IMG/VR virus record: IMGVR_UViG_3300032331_001801
From: an uncultured virus (IMG/VR IMGVR_UViG_3300032331_001801)
Lineage: Duplodnaviria > Heunggongvirae > Uroviricota > Caudoviricetes
Length of the DNA: 64,000 nt
Strand: one strand, 5' to 3'
Part shown: one piece after another, positions 30,256 through 39,304 of the stretch
How positions within the stretch are numbered: the stretch's first letter is position 1
How the letters are laid out: each line of letters opens with the position of its first letter
Program-made: the position numbers and the translations under genes
Notes under the pieces: model-generated
What the model saw: only the letters and a program-made list of their open reading frames with translations
Databases searched by the model: none
Told to the model about the DNA's origin: nothing

Positions 30256-30936
30256 TTAGGCGAAAGAACCAGCAACCCTACCTGCGGCAGCAGTTACACG
30301 CTCTGCACCTGAACGAATTTTCTTTTTGATATTCGATACGCCTGTATTAATTTTATTCTTCAAACCAGCACGGGATTTCAGTCCAGACCGATGTGCATCA
30401 GATGCAGCTTGAGAAGCTTTGTATGCGGAATCCATATTTGCAGAAGTTTTCGCAGCACGTTTTGCTAATTGACTAGCTTTAGCTTTCTTAAACACACCAG
30501 AGAAACCCGATGAACCTTTTGCTGCCTTTGCTGCTTCTTTTGCTTTGTTGTGCATTTTAACATGTGCCTGAGTTGCAGATGTACTTGCGCTTGCTGCCTT
30601 TGCTGCTTTACGTTTACTCATAAAGTTTTTAATACCATGAACTGCGCCAGCAACAACACCACCAAGAGATTCGTCCAACGCCATTTCCATGAACTCTTCT
30701 ACTAATTCTTGATTAGGATCGTAGCCTGTCATGGATATGTTAGCAGCTTCTGCCAACGTATGCTCTTTGTAGTTTTCTACAAAGTAACTCATCATTACTT
30801 CTGCAATGTATGCATCATCTTCTGTTAATTCATATTGTTCACAACCTTCTTCATGGAATTCTTCGGCAAGCAAATCCACCATTTCCATGAACATATCTTC
30901 ACGTTTGATTATTTGTTGTTCTGTTAGATACATCAC
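30256..30936 (-). CDS. Hypothetical protein, acidic N-half and Lys/Ala-rich C-half (possible internal head protein)
   Basis: Composition split; several (L/I/A)xE sites. Confidence 0.6.
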   Translation of the reverse strand: MMYLTEQQIIKREDMFMEMVDLLAEEFHEEGCEQYELTEDDAYIAEVMMSYFVENYKEHTLAEAANISMTGYDPNQELVEEFMEMALDESLGGVVAGAVHGIKNFMSKRKAAKAASASTSATQAHVKMHNKAKEAAKAAKGSSGFSGVFKKAKASQLAKRAAKTSANMDSAYKASQAASDAHRSGLKSRAGLKNKINTGVSNIKKKIRSGAERVTAAAGRVAGSFA

Positions 30937-30971
30937 TATTCCTTTATGAGTTACTTACCTATTTTGGTAAT

Positions 30972-31283
30972 TTATTTTAATTTTCTTTCCAATTCACTTA
31001 AACGATTCATACCCGTTTGTTTAAGTTGATGCTCATAATCATGTAATGGTGCAATTGGATCGTCTTTAATGCTTATACCCAATTTTTTAAATTCTTCGTA
31101 AAACTCTTTTCGTCTTTGATCATACCACCCAATAACTGCGCTAAACCCCTTTGTAGGATTTGTTAAAACATTTTCACGATAATAATTTTGATAACGACTT
31201 ACATACTTGTTCAATTCAGATTCATATACAGACGAAATATTACTACTTTTTATTTCGTAAATTAAATTTTCAATTGTATCCAT
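30972..31283 (-). CDS. Hypothetical protein
   Basis: 103-aa ORF in operon. Confidence 0.6.
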   Translation of the reverse strand: MDTIENLIYEIKSSNISSVYESELNKYVSRYQNYYRENVLTNPTKGFSAVIGWYDQRRKEFYEEFKKLGISIKDDPIAPLHDYEHQLKQTGMNRLSELERKLK

Positions 31284-31298
31284 AATATATTGTACCTT

Positions 31299-31868
31299 CT
31301 AATCGTGTGAAGTAAACGAATGAGACGAACCCTTCAGTACAGTTCTACCTCTTCCCTTTTCCTTTTCTGCATCACTTTCCGCATTTGGATTTACTTTAAC
31401 ATTATAATGAAGTTTACCTTTATGTTCAACTTCTCCTTTTTTAGGTGAGTTGTTAAGGTGATGCCATTTAGCATCTTGAGTTTTATGGTGAACAGACAAA
31501 ACAGTTTCTTGTTTGTGTTTGTTGCCAATACCACTCAAAGAATGAACCATCTTTTTATGACCCTCTGCTCCTTCGTGTTTAGCGTGAACTAGGTATGAAC
31601 CTTCATGACTCACTTTTTCAGTACCCTCATCACTCTTATATTGATACTCACCTTTATGAGGTCCAGACCAGCCGCCAATGTGTCCAGATTTACGAGCATG
31701 TTCCAAATCTTTTTTTATCTCAGAGTGAGCATGTTTCAGTTTTTCGGGGGTGTCTGTATGAGCACCTTCTGGCGAAACCGCACCAATACTACGTCCATGA
31801 GACATGTGTTTATTTACCTTTTGTTGAAGTGGATTACCCTCAACAATATATTGTTTTAATGATAGCAT
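31299..31868 (-). CDS. Hypothetical His/Lys-rich protein (possible processed head protein)
   Basis: MLSLKQYIVE N-terminus; GGGAGG RBS; GATAAATA late-promoter-like element upstream. Confidence 0.65.
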   Translation of the reverse strand: MLSLKQYIVEGNPLQQKVNKHMSHGRSIGAVSPEGAHTDTPEKLKHAHSEIKKDLEHARKSGHIGGWSGPHKGEYQYKSDEGTEKVSHEGSYLVHAKHEGAEGHKKMVHSLSGIGNKHKQETVLSVHHKTQDAKWHHLNNSPKKGEVEHKGKLHYNVKVNPNAESDAEKEKGRGRTVLKGSSHSFTSHD

Positions 31869-31879
31869 ACTGCCTCCCT

Positions 31880-32545
31880 TTAGGCATATTTATCAATATA
31901 ATGCATTAGGGATTTACGGTAATCGTGAATCTGACGCTCAAACACCTGTGTCGGACCCCCTTCAGTTGCCACCAAAACCACAATATCATCAATCCACATT
32001 CCTGTCAACTCGGAAAACATCAGGGCATAAGCCGTACATTGCATAAAGTAGTTCTGAATGTGTTCTTCTTCCTTTGGTTTGGCAGAAGTTTTAAAGTCAA
32101 TTACCGATAATTTACCATTCCAGATGCCAATCAAATCGACTCGTCCCGCAACCCTCAATTGATGTGAATAAAGTGCCTGTTCCTGCGTATACACATCACC
32201 TAAATTTTCATCAATGATGGGTCGGAGTTTTACGAACAACTCCTTGACATCAGGCATCATGGTTTTGATTTTTAAATCGGTCAGCGAATTGTCAATGTAT
32301 TTTTCACATACCAAGTGAACTTTGGTACCACGATTTGCAGCTTTCTTTGAAATCTTGTTTGCTTGTTCTTCACCCACATTTCGTCGCCATTCCATGATAG
32401 CTTCTTTGTTGTGATGAGAAAGCACTGTAGTGATAGACTTATACTTTTCTCCTGTGGGAGTAGTATATCGTCTACCACTATCAGTTGTTTCTGCTTCTAA
32501 GTCAAAGTCAAGTGCTGCAAGTTTTACATGATTAAAAGTTCGCAT
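31880..32545 (-). CDS. PD-(D/E)XK exonuclease (Cas4/RecB-like, T4-like phage type)
   Basis: SITTVL, WRR.VG, RGT.VH, E..LYS..L.VAGRVDLI...IDFKTS, YFMQ.TAYA. Confidence 0.88.
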   Translation of the reverse strand: MRTFNHVKLAALDFDLEAETTDSGRRYTTPTGEKYKSITTVLSHHNKEAIMEWRRNVGEEQANKISKKAANRGTKVHLVCEKYIDNSLTDLKIKTMMPDVKELFVKLRPIIDENLGDVYTQEQALYSHQLRVAGRVDLIGIWNGKLSVIDFKTSAKPKEEEHIQNYFMQCTAYALMFSELTGMWIDDIVVLVATEGGPTQVFERQIHDYRKSLMHYIDKYA

Positions 32546-32727
32546 TATGTGATGTAGTGGTTCCTGCTATGATGGGGGTAATTCTGTCGTATAAACTTCT
32601 TTTCGTTCTTTGCAGTTATGTTATCTTTTTCCATGTTGTCAATTTCAGTTGACAGTTCTCGTTCTAATTCTTTGGTAATGTAGTCATTTAAAATTGCTAC
32701 TTTTTTCTGCAATGAACGTTTTGCCAT
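32545..32727 (-). CDS. Hypothetical protein
   Basis: 60-aa ORF with AAGGAG RBS. Confidence 0.55.
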   Translation of the reverse strand: MAKRSLQKKVAILNDYITKELERELSTEIDNMEKDNITAKNEKKFIRQNYPHHSRNHYIT

Positions 32728-32769
32728 ATTTGCTCCTTTACGACAAGGTTAGCATGACAAAGATACATC

Positions 32770-33066
32770 TCAATATTTTCCAATATGTTTATCTACCAAT
32801 TGTTTGGTTTTAATTTCTTTCATTGACTTACGACCATGTGCATTTGCGACAGCAGATGTCTTGTGGTTTTCGGAAACTTTGGATAGGACTTCTTTGAAAC
32901 CGTCTGGTACTTTACCAGTGATTGATACACCAGAAACCGTTGATGTGGCTCCTAGTACTTGTTGAATGTGTGGATTTTCTCTAAGGTATTCTTCACGTGC
33001 TGCCATGCTCATGAACACCTCAATTTCTTCACCTGTTTCAGTATTTACAAAATCATATGTTGGCAA
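32770..33066 (-). CDS. FmdB-like small regulatory protein
   Basis: (M)PTYDFVNTETGE..E..MS..., DGFKEVLSKV; probable TTG start at 33066. Confidence 0.65.
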   Translation of the reverse strand: MPTYDFVNTETGEEIEVFMSMAAREEYLRENPHIQQVLGATSTVSGVSITGKVPDGFKEVLSKVSENHKTSAVANAHGRKSMKEIKTKQLVDKHIGKY

Positions 33067-33634
33067 TTTTATTACTCCGATACCACTCTGGAACATCACG
33101 ATTTTTCCAGTTGGCTAAGTGTGTCTTACTTTGTATATAGTAATTCCGATATGATGCCAACGAATCTATTTCATATCGATCTGTGCATACCTCTTTCAAC
33201 ACCTTAATATCATCTGGCATGGCAGGTGTGGGTTCAGTAAACGGTGTCCACGGAATATTCTCAGGTAACCTAGCAAGATACATTTCCAACTTAGAACACG
33301 CATGAACTTTACCATACCTATGTGTATATTCATCCATCAGTGCTTGAAACAAAGCAAATAACCAATCATAGTTTTTATCTGATTGTCTTACCCATACCGA
33401 AGACGGATGGTTAACGTGAGTAGCAGAGTAAAGAACGGTATCACGGTTATCGGCAAGAGCATATACAGTTCTTTTCCGACCAGATGGACTGATGCCAGTA
33501 GAAAGAACACCGTCAAGAATACGGTGAGCAGTAGAAAGAAGTTGAGCATATTCTAGGATCATTTTGACCACGTGACTGTCATTATGCATCTCTGCACACT
33601 TACGGACATCGTGGTCTAGGTAAAAGATATTCAT
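33053..33634 (-). CDS. Pyrimidine-dimer DNA glycosylase (DenV-like)
   Basis: MNIFYLD....CAEMH.D.HVVKMILEYAQLLSTAH, THVNHPS.VWVR, EYT.RYGK.H, P.AMPD, YRNYY. Confidence 0.85.
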   Translation of the reverse strand: MNIFYLDHDVRKCAEMHNDSHVVKMILEYAQLLSTAHRILDGVLSTGISPSGRKRTVYALADNRDTVLYSATHVNHPSSVWVRQSDKNYDWLFALFQALMDEYTHRYGKVHACSKLEMYLARLPENIPWTPFTEPTPAMPDDIKVLKEVCTDRYEIDSLASYRNYYIQSKTHLANWKNRDVPEWYRSNKIANI

Positions 33635-33635
33635 C

Positions 33636-33899
33636 TTAGAAGCACAAGAAACGGCATTCGCTAGAACGCGCTTTTGTTTGCATTTGAACTTGAGTCAACT
33701 CTTTCATGTGTTGATATTTTAGATCGCTTTCGCGGCGTTCCATATCACGCTCAAGTTTAAGAATACGTTCCAACTGCGCTTGTACCAAATCACGATCACT
33801 CAAACCATCAGGATTGAATGCAGTCTTTTGCGGTGGAGGTGTAACACATGCAGTCAAGAACACAAGTGGAACAACAGCTAAGATTGATTTAACGTTCAT
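33636..33899 (-). CDS. Putative lipoprotein
   Basis: Signal peptide with LTAC lipobox, coiled-coil C-terminus. Confidence 0.6.
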   Translation of the reverse strand: MNVKSILAVVPLVFLTACVTPPPQKTAFNPDGLSDRDLVQAQLERILKLERDMERRESDLKYQHMKELTQVQMQTKARSSECRFLCF

Positions 33900-34123
33900 T
33901 TCGAATCCTCATCAGGTGTAAGCTTATTCATAATATAAAGAAACCCAAGTAACTGAACACCAGCAATACTGTTCAGCATAGCAAATAAAACCATGATCGA
34001 AGCAATTATATAAAACTTCTGTCTACTCGTCAATAGATTACCATAAAAGTTTGTGGATTCAATTGCCTTTAATGCTTGCGCTTGAATTCTTTCCCATATA
34101 GCAATTATTTTAGATTTAAACAT
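33896..34123 (-). CDS. Hypothetical membrane protein
   Basis: Hydrophobic C-terminal half; 4-nt overlap with next ORF. Confidence 0.55.
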   Translation of the reverse strand: MFKSKIIAIWERIQAQALKAIESTNFYGNLLTSRQKFYIIASIMVLFAMLNSIAGVQLLGFLYIMNKLTPDEDSK

Positions 34124-34168
34124 TTATCGCCTTTCATAAGTGGGGGATCAAAGACCCCCCATAGCCCA

Positions 34169-34507
34169 CTATTGTGTAACAGTTTCTTTTTCTGTAACTT
34201 GTGCTGATTGTGCATTTAGATCAGTTAGATTTTTGACAATTGGAAGAACTGAGAAACCTCGATCTTCTACCAGATGACGAACATCTTGTGGATTTAGCAA
34301 CTCATAACCCCAAACAGCTTTACCTTTACGATGTTGTTTGATTTGTGCACCACGTTCTTTGAGTTGCCAAATCTCGGCAGAGATACGATTAATGAGTTTG
34401 TAATTCATAGAAACAGCAATGTCTTCTTTGGAAATCGGACCACCATTCAAAAGAACCAACAAAAGTCGCTCCCAACGAATGGGTGTTTTTGATTTAGTAC
34501 GTGACAT
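34169..34507 (-). CDS. Hypothetical protein, possible winged-HTH
   Basis: Start reassigned to MSRTKS (AAGGAG RBS); TTGACA-17-TAAAGT promoter upstream; hairpin downstream at about 34141-34161. Confidence 0.55.
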   Translation of the reverse strand: MSRTKSKTPIRWERLLLVLLNGGPISKEDIAVSMNYKLINRISAEIWQLKERGAQIKQHRKGKAVWGYELLNPQDVRHLVEDRGFSVLPIVKNLTDLNAQSAQVTEKETVTQ

Positions 34508-34574
34508 GTAAAACTCCTTTACAGTTATTAGGAGTTTTACTTTACCACCAAAGGTAAATGATGTCAACCGTTAA

Positions 34575-36977
34575 TTATGTCCATTTGAGAATGACTGTAC
34601 CTGAACCACCATTACTTACTCCATATCCTAATGGACCATTTTGATGTCCTCCACCACCACCACCAGTTCCTGCTTGTCCAGCATTTCCGTTTGCAGCAGT
34701 GCCAGAAACAGCAGGTGGTGTCCCGACTGCGGCATTACCACCACCACCTAAACCACCCGCACCGCCCGGTATAACACCCGATTGAGCACCACCACCACCT
34801 GCATAATATACTGGAGTGCCTGTAATTGAAGATGTTAATCCTATACCTCCCGAACCACCAGTATATCCTGGACCACCATTTTGACCAGCCGCTCCAGCGC
34901 CACCACCACCGCCAGCATTACGATATGAACTATTATCACTACCTCCAGATCCACCATTATTACCTTCTGATGGTGTATATCCACCAGCATTTCCTGAACC
35001 CGCTGGACCAGAACCTGGAACTAATGAACCACCGCCACCGCCAGAACCACCCGAAGCACCCGAACCACGTGGAGAATGATATCCTGTACCGCCATAACCG
35101 CCACCAGTTGACCAGATAGCGGGGAATGGTGCTGCACCCCAAAACCCTGAATTGGAACCATTTGTTTGTGGTAAACCACCATTGCTGCCACCGCTAATAC
35201 CGCCACCGCCAATTGTGACTGAGTATTTTGCTCCTGGAGTTACGGACAATCCTGTACCTGTTCGGAATCCTCCTGCGCCACCGCCAGCAGAATCAGCACC
35301 TCCTCCACCAGCAACAACAAGATAATCAACAGTAGGACTTGCAGCAGTAAATGTTCCTGAACCTGTGTATATCGCAAGTTTGTTTTGTGATGTGGATACT
35401 TTAACGATGACTATACCAGAACCACCCGCACCACCAGCAAAATTAGGTTGACTTCCAACACCGCCACCACCACCGCCAGTGCCAGCAGTACCCGAATTAG
35501 TTGGAGTATTGAATGTTCCATTCCCTCCACCCGCACCACCGATACCTTGAGGTGCTCCTGATGGTTCACCACTTCCACCACCGCCTCCAGCATATCCTGT
35601 ATTGGAACCTGAAATAGAAGAGAATACTGCTACACCACCATTACCTCCACCACTACCACCACCAGCAACTCCAGCACCACCTCCACCTCCACCCCCACTT
35701 CCACTAAAAGGTGCTCCTGTGTAGTTTGTACTACCACCAGCAAAACCTTGACCAGGTGTCCCTGCTCCTCCACTTGATAATCCACCACCATCTTTATATC
35801 CACCACCACCACCAGAACCTCCAGCAGAACCATAAGCATCAGCACTAGCAGCACCTGGTGCACCACCACCTCCACCTCCACGTGCAACAATTGTTCCAAA
35901 AACAGAATTGGAACCATTTGCACCCCTATCACTTGTAACACCAGAACCACCAGCACCAACAATCACATTCATTAAAGAATTTGAACCTACTGCTAATCCT
36001 GTTCCTAATAATACACCACCAGCACCACCACCACCACCATTATTTCCACCGCCAGCACCTCCACCAGCAACGACAAGATAATCTACTGTAGTAAGATCAG
36101 CGGGAACCAACCAAAGTCCTGAATTTGCAAACGTCCATGTTGCATCGGCAGCGTATGAATAACGGAGCATTACAACACCAGAACCACCAGAAGCACCTTG
36201 AGGATTGCCAGAATTTGTATATCCACCGCCGCCACCGCCGCTGCCAGTGTTTGTAACTCCTGGAAGAGCAAGAGGACTAGCACCGTTTCCTCCAATGCCA
36301 GAACCACCTGCTCCACCATTTGAATTATAGATACCACCTCCACCACCACCACAATAAACAGTATTTGCGCCTGAGAATGAAGAGTATAATCCTAGACCGC
36401 CACCTGAACCGGAAGTATTATCTGTTCCCGCAGAACCAGCACCACCACCTCCTGCGCCAGCATTGGCAGGAACACTGGAACCACCAGCATTACCTTGACC
36501 CGCTGTACCTGGTACGGCAGGACTATTTGTGGCAGGAAAAGGTCTTGCTTGCCCTCCTCCAGAACCACCAGTTCTAGCAGTAGTGGTTTCATCTCCACCA
36601 CCACCTCCACCACCGATAGCAGTTAATGTTGAGAATGTTGAGTTTGAACCATTACCACCTGCCGCAGAAGGTACAGGAGAACCACCACCACCAACTGTAA
36701 TTGTATATGTTTGACCTGGTGTTACTGGATGTCCTGTACCTTGAAGAAAACCACCAGCACCACCACCACCTGCAAGTTGATGACCACCCGCACCACCACC
36801 AGCAATAAGAACATAATCAACGGATGTTGTGCCTGTGGGAACTGTAAAAGAAGTTGTTGCAAAATATGTTTGTGTAGCGGGTGGACCACTAGCACCACCA
36901 GCACCGCTGAAAGTACGTCTAATTAAACCATAAGATCGGATTGAGGCAGCACCAAAAGAAGCAAAAATAGGAGGCAT
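34575..36977 (-). CDS. Glycine-rich repeat protein (three DY(V/L)(L/V)(I/V)AGGG...GGSG.V domains), probable fibre/virion protein
   Basis: 800 aa, three repeated Gly-rich modules; exact T4 late promoter upstream. Confidence 0.8.
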   Translation of the reverse strand: MPPIFASFGAASIRSYGLIRRTFSGAGGASGPPATQTYFATTSFTVPTGTTSVDYVLIAGGGAGGHQLAGGGGAGGFLQGTGHPVTPGQTYTITVGGGGSPVPSAAGGNGSNSTFSTLTAIGGGGGGGDETTTARTGGSGGGQARPFPATNSPAVPGTAGQGNAGGSSVPANAGAGGGGAGSAGTDNTSGSGGGLGLYSSFSGANTVYCGGGGGGIYNSNGGAGGSGIGGNGASPLALPGVTNTGSGGGGGGYTNSGNPQGASGGSGVVMLRYSYAADATWTFANSGLWLVPADLTTVDYLVVAGGGAGGGNNGGGGGAGGVLLGTGLAVGSNSLMNVIVGAGGSGVTSDRGANGSNSVFGTIVARGGGGGGAPGAASADAYGSAGGSGGGGGYKDGGGLSSGGAGTPGQGFAGGSTNYTGAPFSGSGGGGGGGAGVAGGGSGGGNGGVAVFSSISGSNTGYAGGGGGSGEPSGAPQGIGGAGGGNGTFNTPTNSGTAGTGGGGGGVGSQPNFAGGAGGSGIVIVKVSTSQNKLAIYTGSGTFTAASPTVDYLVVAGGGGADSAGGGAGGFRTGTGLSVTPGAKYSVTIGGGGISGGSNGGLPQTNGSNSGFWGAAPFPAIWSTGGGYGGTGYHSPRGSGASGGSGGGGGSLVPGSGPAGSGNAGGYTPSEGNNGGSGGSDNSSYRNAGGGGGAGAAGQNGGPGYTGGSGGIGLTSSITGTPVYYAGGGGAQSGVIPGGAGGLGGGGNAAVGTPPAVSGTAANGNAGQAGTGGGGGGHQNGPLGYGVSNGGSGTVILKWT

Positions 36978-37007
36978 AAGAAATAGATGAAAAAAGGTTA
37001 TTTCATC

Positions 37008-37015
37008 TATTTATA
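37008..37015 (-). promoter_or_regulatory. T4-type late promoter TATAAATA
   Basis: Exact match 30 nt upstream of the Gly-rich gene; NATAAATA variants also precede gp8, gp25, gp48, gp2 and the 31868, 43021 and 45440 ORFs; gp33 is present. Confidence 0.7.
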
Positions 37016-37027
37016 CTTACTCTTATG

Positions 37028-37198
37028 TTATCCCTTGAGGAGTTGTGCAGATTCGTTTTGTTGACTTTCGCCGAAGTCGTGAACGGATAGTTTGATTAGT
37101 TCTCTTCGAAGATTTTCCAACTCAGTTCTGTCATTTTCGGATGCTGCCATCTTTGCTTCTAGTGTGGCAATCCGTTTAAGTAATAGGTCTTTAAACAT
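37028..37198 (-). CDS. Hypothetical coiled-coil protein (56 aa)
   Basis: Manual translation MFKDLLLKRIATLEAKMAASENDRTELENLRRELIKLSVHDFGESQQNESAQLLKG*. Confidence 0.55.
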   Translation of the reverse strand: MFKDLLLKRIATLEAKMAASENDRTELENLRRELIKLSVHDFGESQQNESAQLLKG

Positions 37199-37337
37199 AG
37201 TCTTTTTCCTGTTTCATTAGTCGGTACAGGGTTTTATCATGGTGTTTTTGTTGCTTGACATTTTTAGGTTCGCTTTCTTGGTGCTTGCGAAACTTAGTTC
37301 TTTCGGGTTTTTGAAACTTCTTGCCTCCAGACAACAT
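37191..37337 (-). CDS. Small basic hypothetical protein
   Basis: MLSGGKKFQKPER...; AAGGAG RBS. Confidence 0.5.
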   Translation of the reverse strand: MLSGGKKFQKPERTKFRKHQESEPKNVKQQKHHDKTLYRLMKQEKDYV

Positions 37338-37351
37338 CTCTATATATCTCC

Positions 37352-37885
37352 TTAAAAAATATGGTCTGCTATACCTAACTTTATTACTTCTTCTGGTGAT
37401 AACCAAACATCTGTAGGTTTCAATAGTTTGGAACGTATGAGATTCTTCTGCATACCACATGCAAAAAAAAGCACATCTATCATGCGTTCATTAATACGTT
37501 CAGTCTCAGCAAAACTGTTCTTTATGTCATGATACTTTCCAGATAGTTCATGAGAAAACTGGTGACACATTAAACTTGAATTTTTACCGATTAAACGTTT
37601 ACCTTTTTTGCCCGATGCAAATATCAGAAATCCAGCACTCATGACACTACCCAATCCTACAGTAGTAATCGGAATTTCTGATTGGTGCATAATATCAATA
37701 ATTGCCAAAGCATCATTTAGACTACCACCCTCAGAATTGATGTAAAGCTGAAGAGTTTCACCGCTAGGATTCCTATTCTCAGATAAAATCCATCGAATGG
37801 TTGCTTCAGCTTTCTCACCATCAATTTCCCCTGTAAGAAAATGATTATGCCGTTCAAACGGCGGTAGTTCGATTGTTTTTTCCAT
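37352..37885 (-). CDS. clpP: ClpP-like ATP-dependent protease proteolytic subunit
   Basis: LTGEID, LYINSEGGS...ALAIID.M, G.VMSAG (catalytic Ser), LMCHQ (His), DVWLSPEE..KLGIADHI. Confidence 0.9.
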   Translation of the reverse strand: MEKTIELPPFERHNHFLTGEIDGEKAEATIRWILSENRNPSGETLQLYINSEGGSLNDALAIIDIMHQSEIPITTVGLGSVMSAGFLIFASGKKGKRLIGKNSSLMCHQFSHELSGKYHDIKNSFAETERINERMIDVLFFACGMQKNLIRSKLLKPTDVWLSPEEVIKLGIADHIF

Positions 37886-38810
37886 GCCAAGCATATGCCG
37901 TTCTCAATATAGATTTTAAGTCGTGTTTGGGTTTGAATTTGAGGTGTTTTTTAGCAAGGTCAATAATGGCAACAAGTCGTGGTGGATCACCTTCACGCTT
38001 CTGTCCAAATGTGTAATTGATAGGAGTTTTGAGTTCTTCAACCGCAGTGTGAATCACTTCCAATACTGAATGTCCCTTGCCAGTTCCTAGATTGAATAGA
38101 GTTGGTTGATTTGCCATCCGTGTCTGCATATAGTCAGCAGCAGCAACGTGGGCATCAGCAACATCAGACACGTGTACATAGTCCCGAATACATGTACCAT
38201 CTGGTGTTCTGTAATCTTTACCATTGATGATAAAACTATTTAGATTTTCAAACATTACTGGAATCAGATGAGTCTCTGGATTGTGCATCTCACCCATTTC
38301 ACCATCCGGATCAGCACCAGCAAGATTGAAGAACCTAAAGATAATATGATTTAATGTTGAATTGCGAATTGCACATTCCGCAGCATACTTACTATTCGCA
38401 TACGGATTGTTTTCTGCTACATCATCTTTTTCCGAAAGATCAGTACCAGCAGACCGATATAAACCAGCAGTAGATGAATAAACAATATTCTCAACATTGT
38501 ATCCCCTCATCATCCTTAAAAGATTTGTTGTGCCGCCTACATTGACATCCCAAAACAATTCTGGATGGTCTACAGATTCACCAACTTCGATACGACCCGC
38601 TAAATGAAATACCACATCGATTCGATGTTTAATAAAGGGTGTTTCTAAAAACATATCACGAACATCGCCAGAAAAAACATCATCCCAATACCGCATGTGG
38701 GATGGGAATTTTTTATCGTAGCAGATTGTTGTGTAACCTGCGTTCTTTAATGCTTTTGCTAAATGACTACCAAGATAACCTGCACCGCCTGTTACCAATG
38801 CTGTTCTCAT
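37854..38810 (-). CDS. galE: UDP-glucose 4-epimerase
   Basis: LVTGGAGYLGSH, HLAG...VGESV..P, YSSTA, PYANSK, RFFNLAGA, PETHLIP, DGTCIRDYVHVSDVADAH. Confidence 0.92.
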   Translation of the reverse strand: MRTALVTGGAGYLGSHLAKALKNAGYTTICYDKKFPSHMRYWDDVFSGDVRDMFLETPFIKHRIDVVFHLAGRIEVGESVDHPELFWDVNVGGTTNLLRMMRGYNVENIVYSSTAGLYRSAGTDLSEKDDVAENNPYANSKYAAECAIRNSTLNHIIFRFFNLAGADPDGEMGEMHNPETHLIPVMFENLNSFIINGKDYRTPDGTCIRDYVHVSDVADAHVAAADYMQTRMANQPTLFNLGTGKGHSVLEVIHTAVEELKTPINYTFGQKREGDPPRLVAIIDLAKKHLKFKPKHDLKSILRTAYAWHGKNNRTTAV

Positions 38811-39304
38811 GCATCTCTTTCCGAAAGAATAGGATTCTTGATTGGCCAATAGAAATCATGCATCGGATCATTCCATTTGATTGTGAACTGTGATTCACGA
38901 TGATAATACTGATTCAACTTGTAACTAAACACCGCCTCATCCGACATAACCAAGTGACCATTACCAAACTTTGGCGGTATTAGCAATTGATATTTGTTAC
39001 GGTCTGATAATGTGATAGTGAACCATTGATTGTATTGTTTAGAACCCTGATCACGATTGATGATGACCATGTGAATCGTACCATACAAACAAGTTACCAA
39101 TTTTGTTGTCACATCATCACCATGAATACCACGGAGAGTATGTTTGCGTGATGTTGAAATGCTATCTACAACAAACTCACTAAATGGAATCTCATCACGA
39201 TATTTTGCTTCATTGTATGACTCGAAATTTGTACCACGAAAATCTTCATAGACAACGGGTTGAATTAATTTTACACCATCAAGTACAGTATCTAAAATTC
39301 TCAT
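38807..39304 (-). CDS. rmlC: dTDP-4-dehydrorhamnose 3,5-epimerase family
   Basis: D.RG..FESYN, S.SRKHTLRGIH, KLVTC..G, LLIP..FGNG, YK....Y, IKWNDP...WP...PILSERD. Confidence 0.88.
   Translation of the reverse strand: MRILDTVLDGVKLIQPVVYEDFRGTNFESYNEAKYRDEIPFSEFVVDSISTSRKHTLRGIHGDDVTTKLVTCLYGTIHMVIINRDQGSKQYNQWFTITLSDRNKYQLLIPPKFGNGHLVMSDEAVFSYKLNQYYHRESQFTIKWNDPMHDFYWPIKNPILSERDA

Noticed and set aside
30037..30312. 91-aa plus-strand ORF, or a tRNA call at 30044-30075
   Set aside because: The ORF is antisense to the tmRNA acceptor piece; the T-arm and CCA belong to the permuted tmRNA
31880..32545. Cas4-like gene as evidence of CRISPR-Cas
   Set aside because: Stand-alone PD-(D/E)XK exonuclease typical of T4-like phages; no array or other cas genes
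33636..34123. Membrane protein plus lipoprotein as an i-spanin/o-spanin pair
   Set aside because: The upstream protein lacks the N-terminal TM and long periplasmic coiled coil of an i-spanin; no lysis-gene context
34826..36926. Val-rich and His-rich ORFs in the Gly-rich gene
   Set aside because: Alternative-frame readings of GGT/GGA repeats
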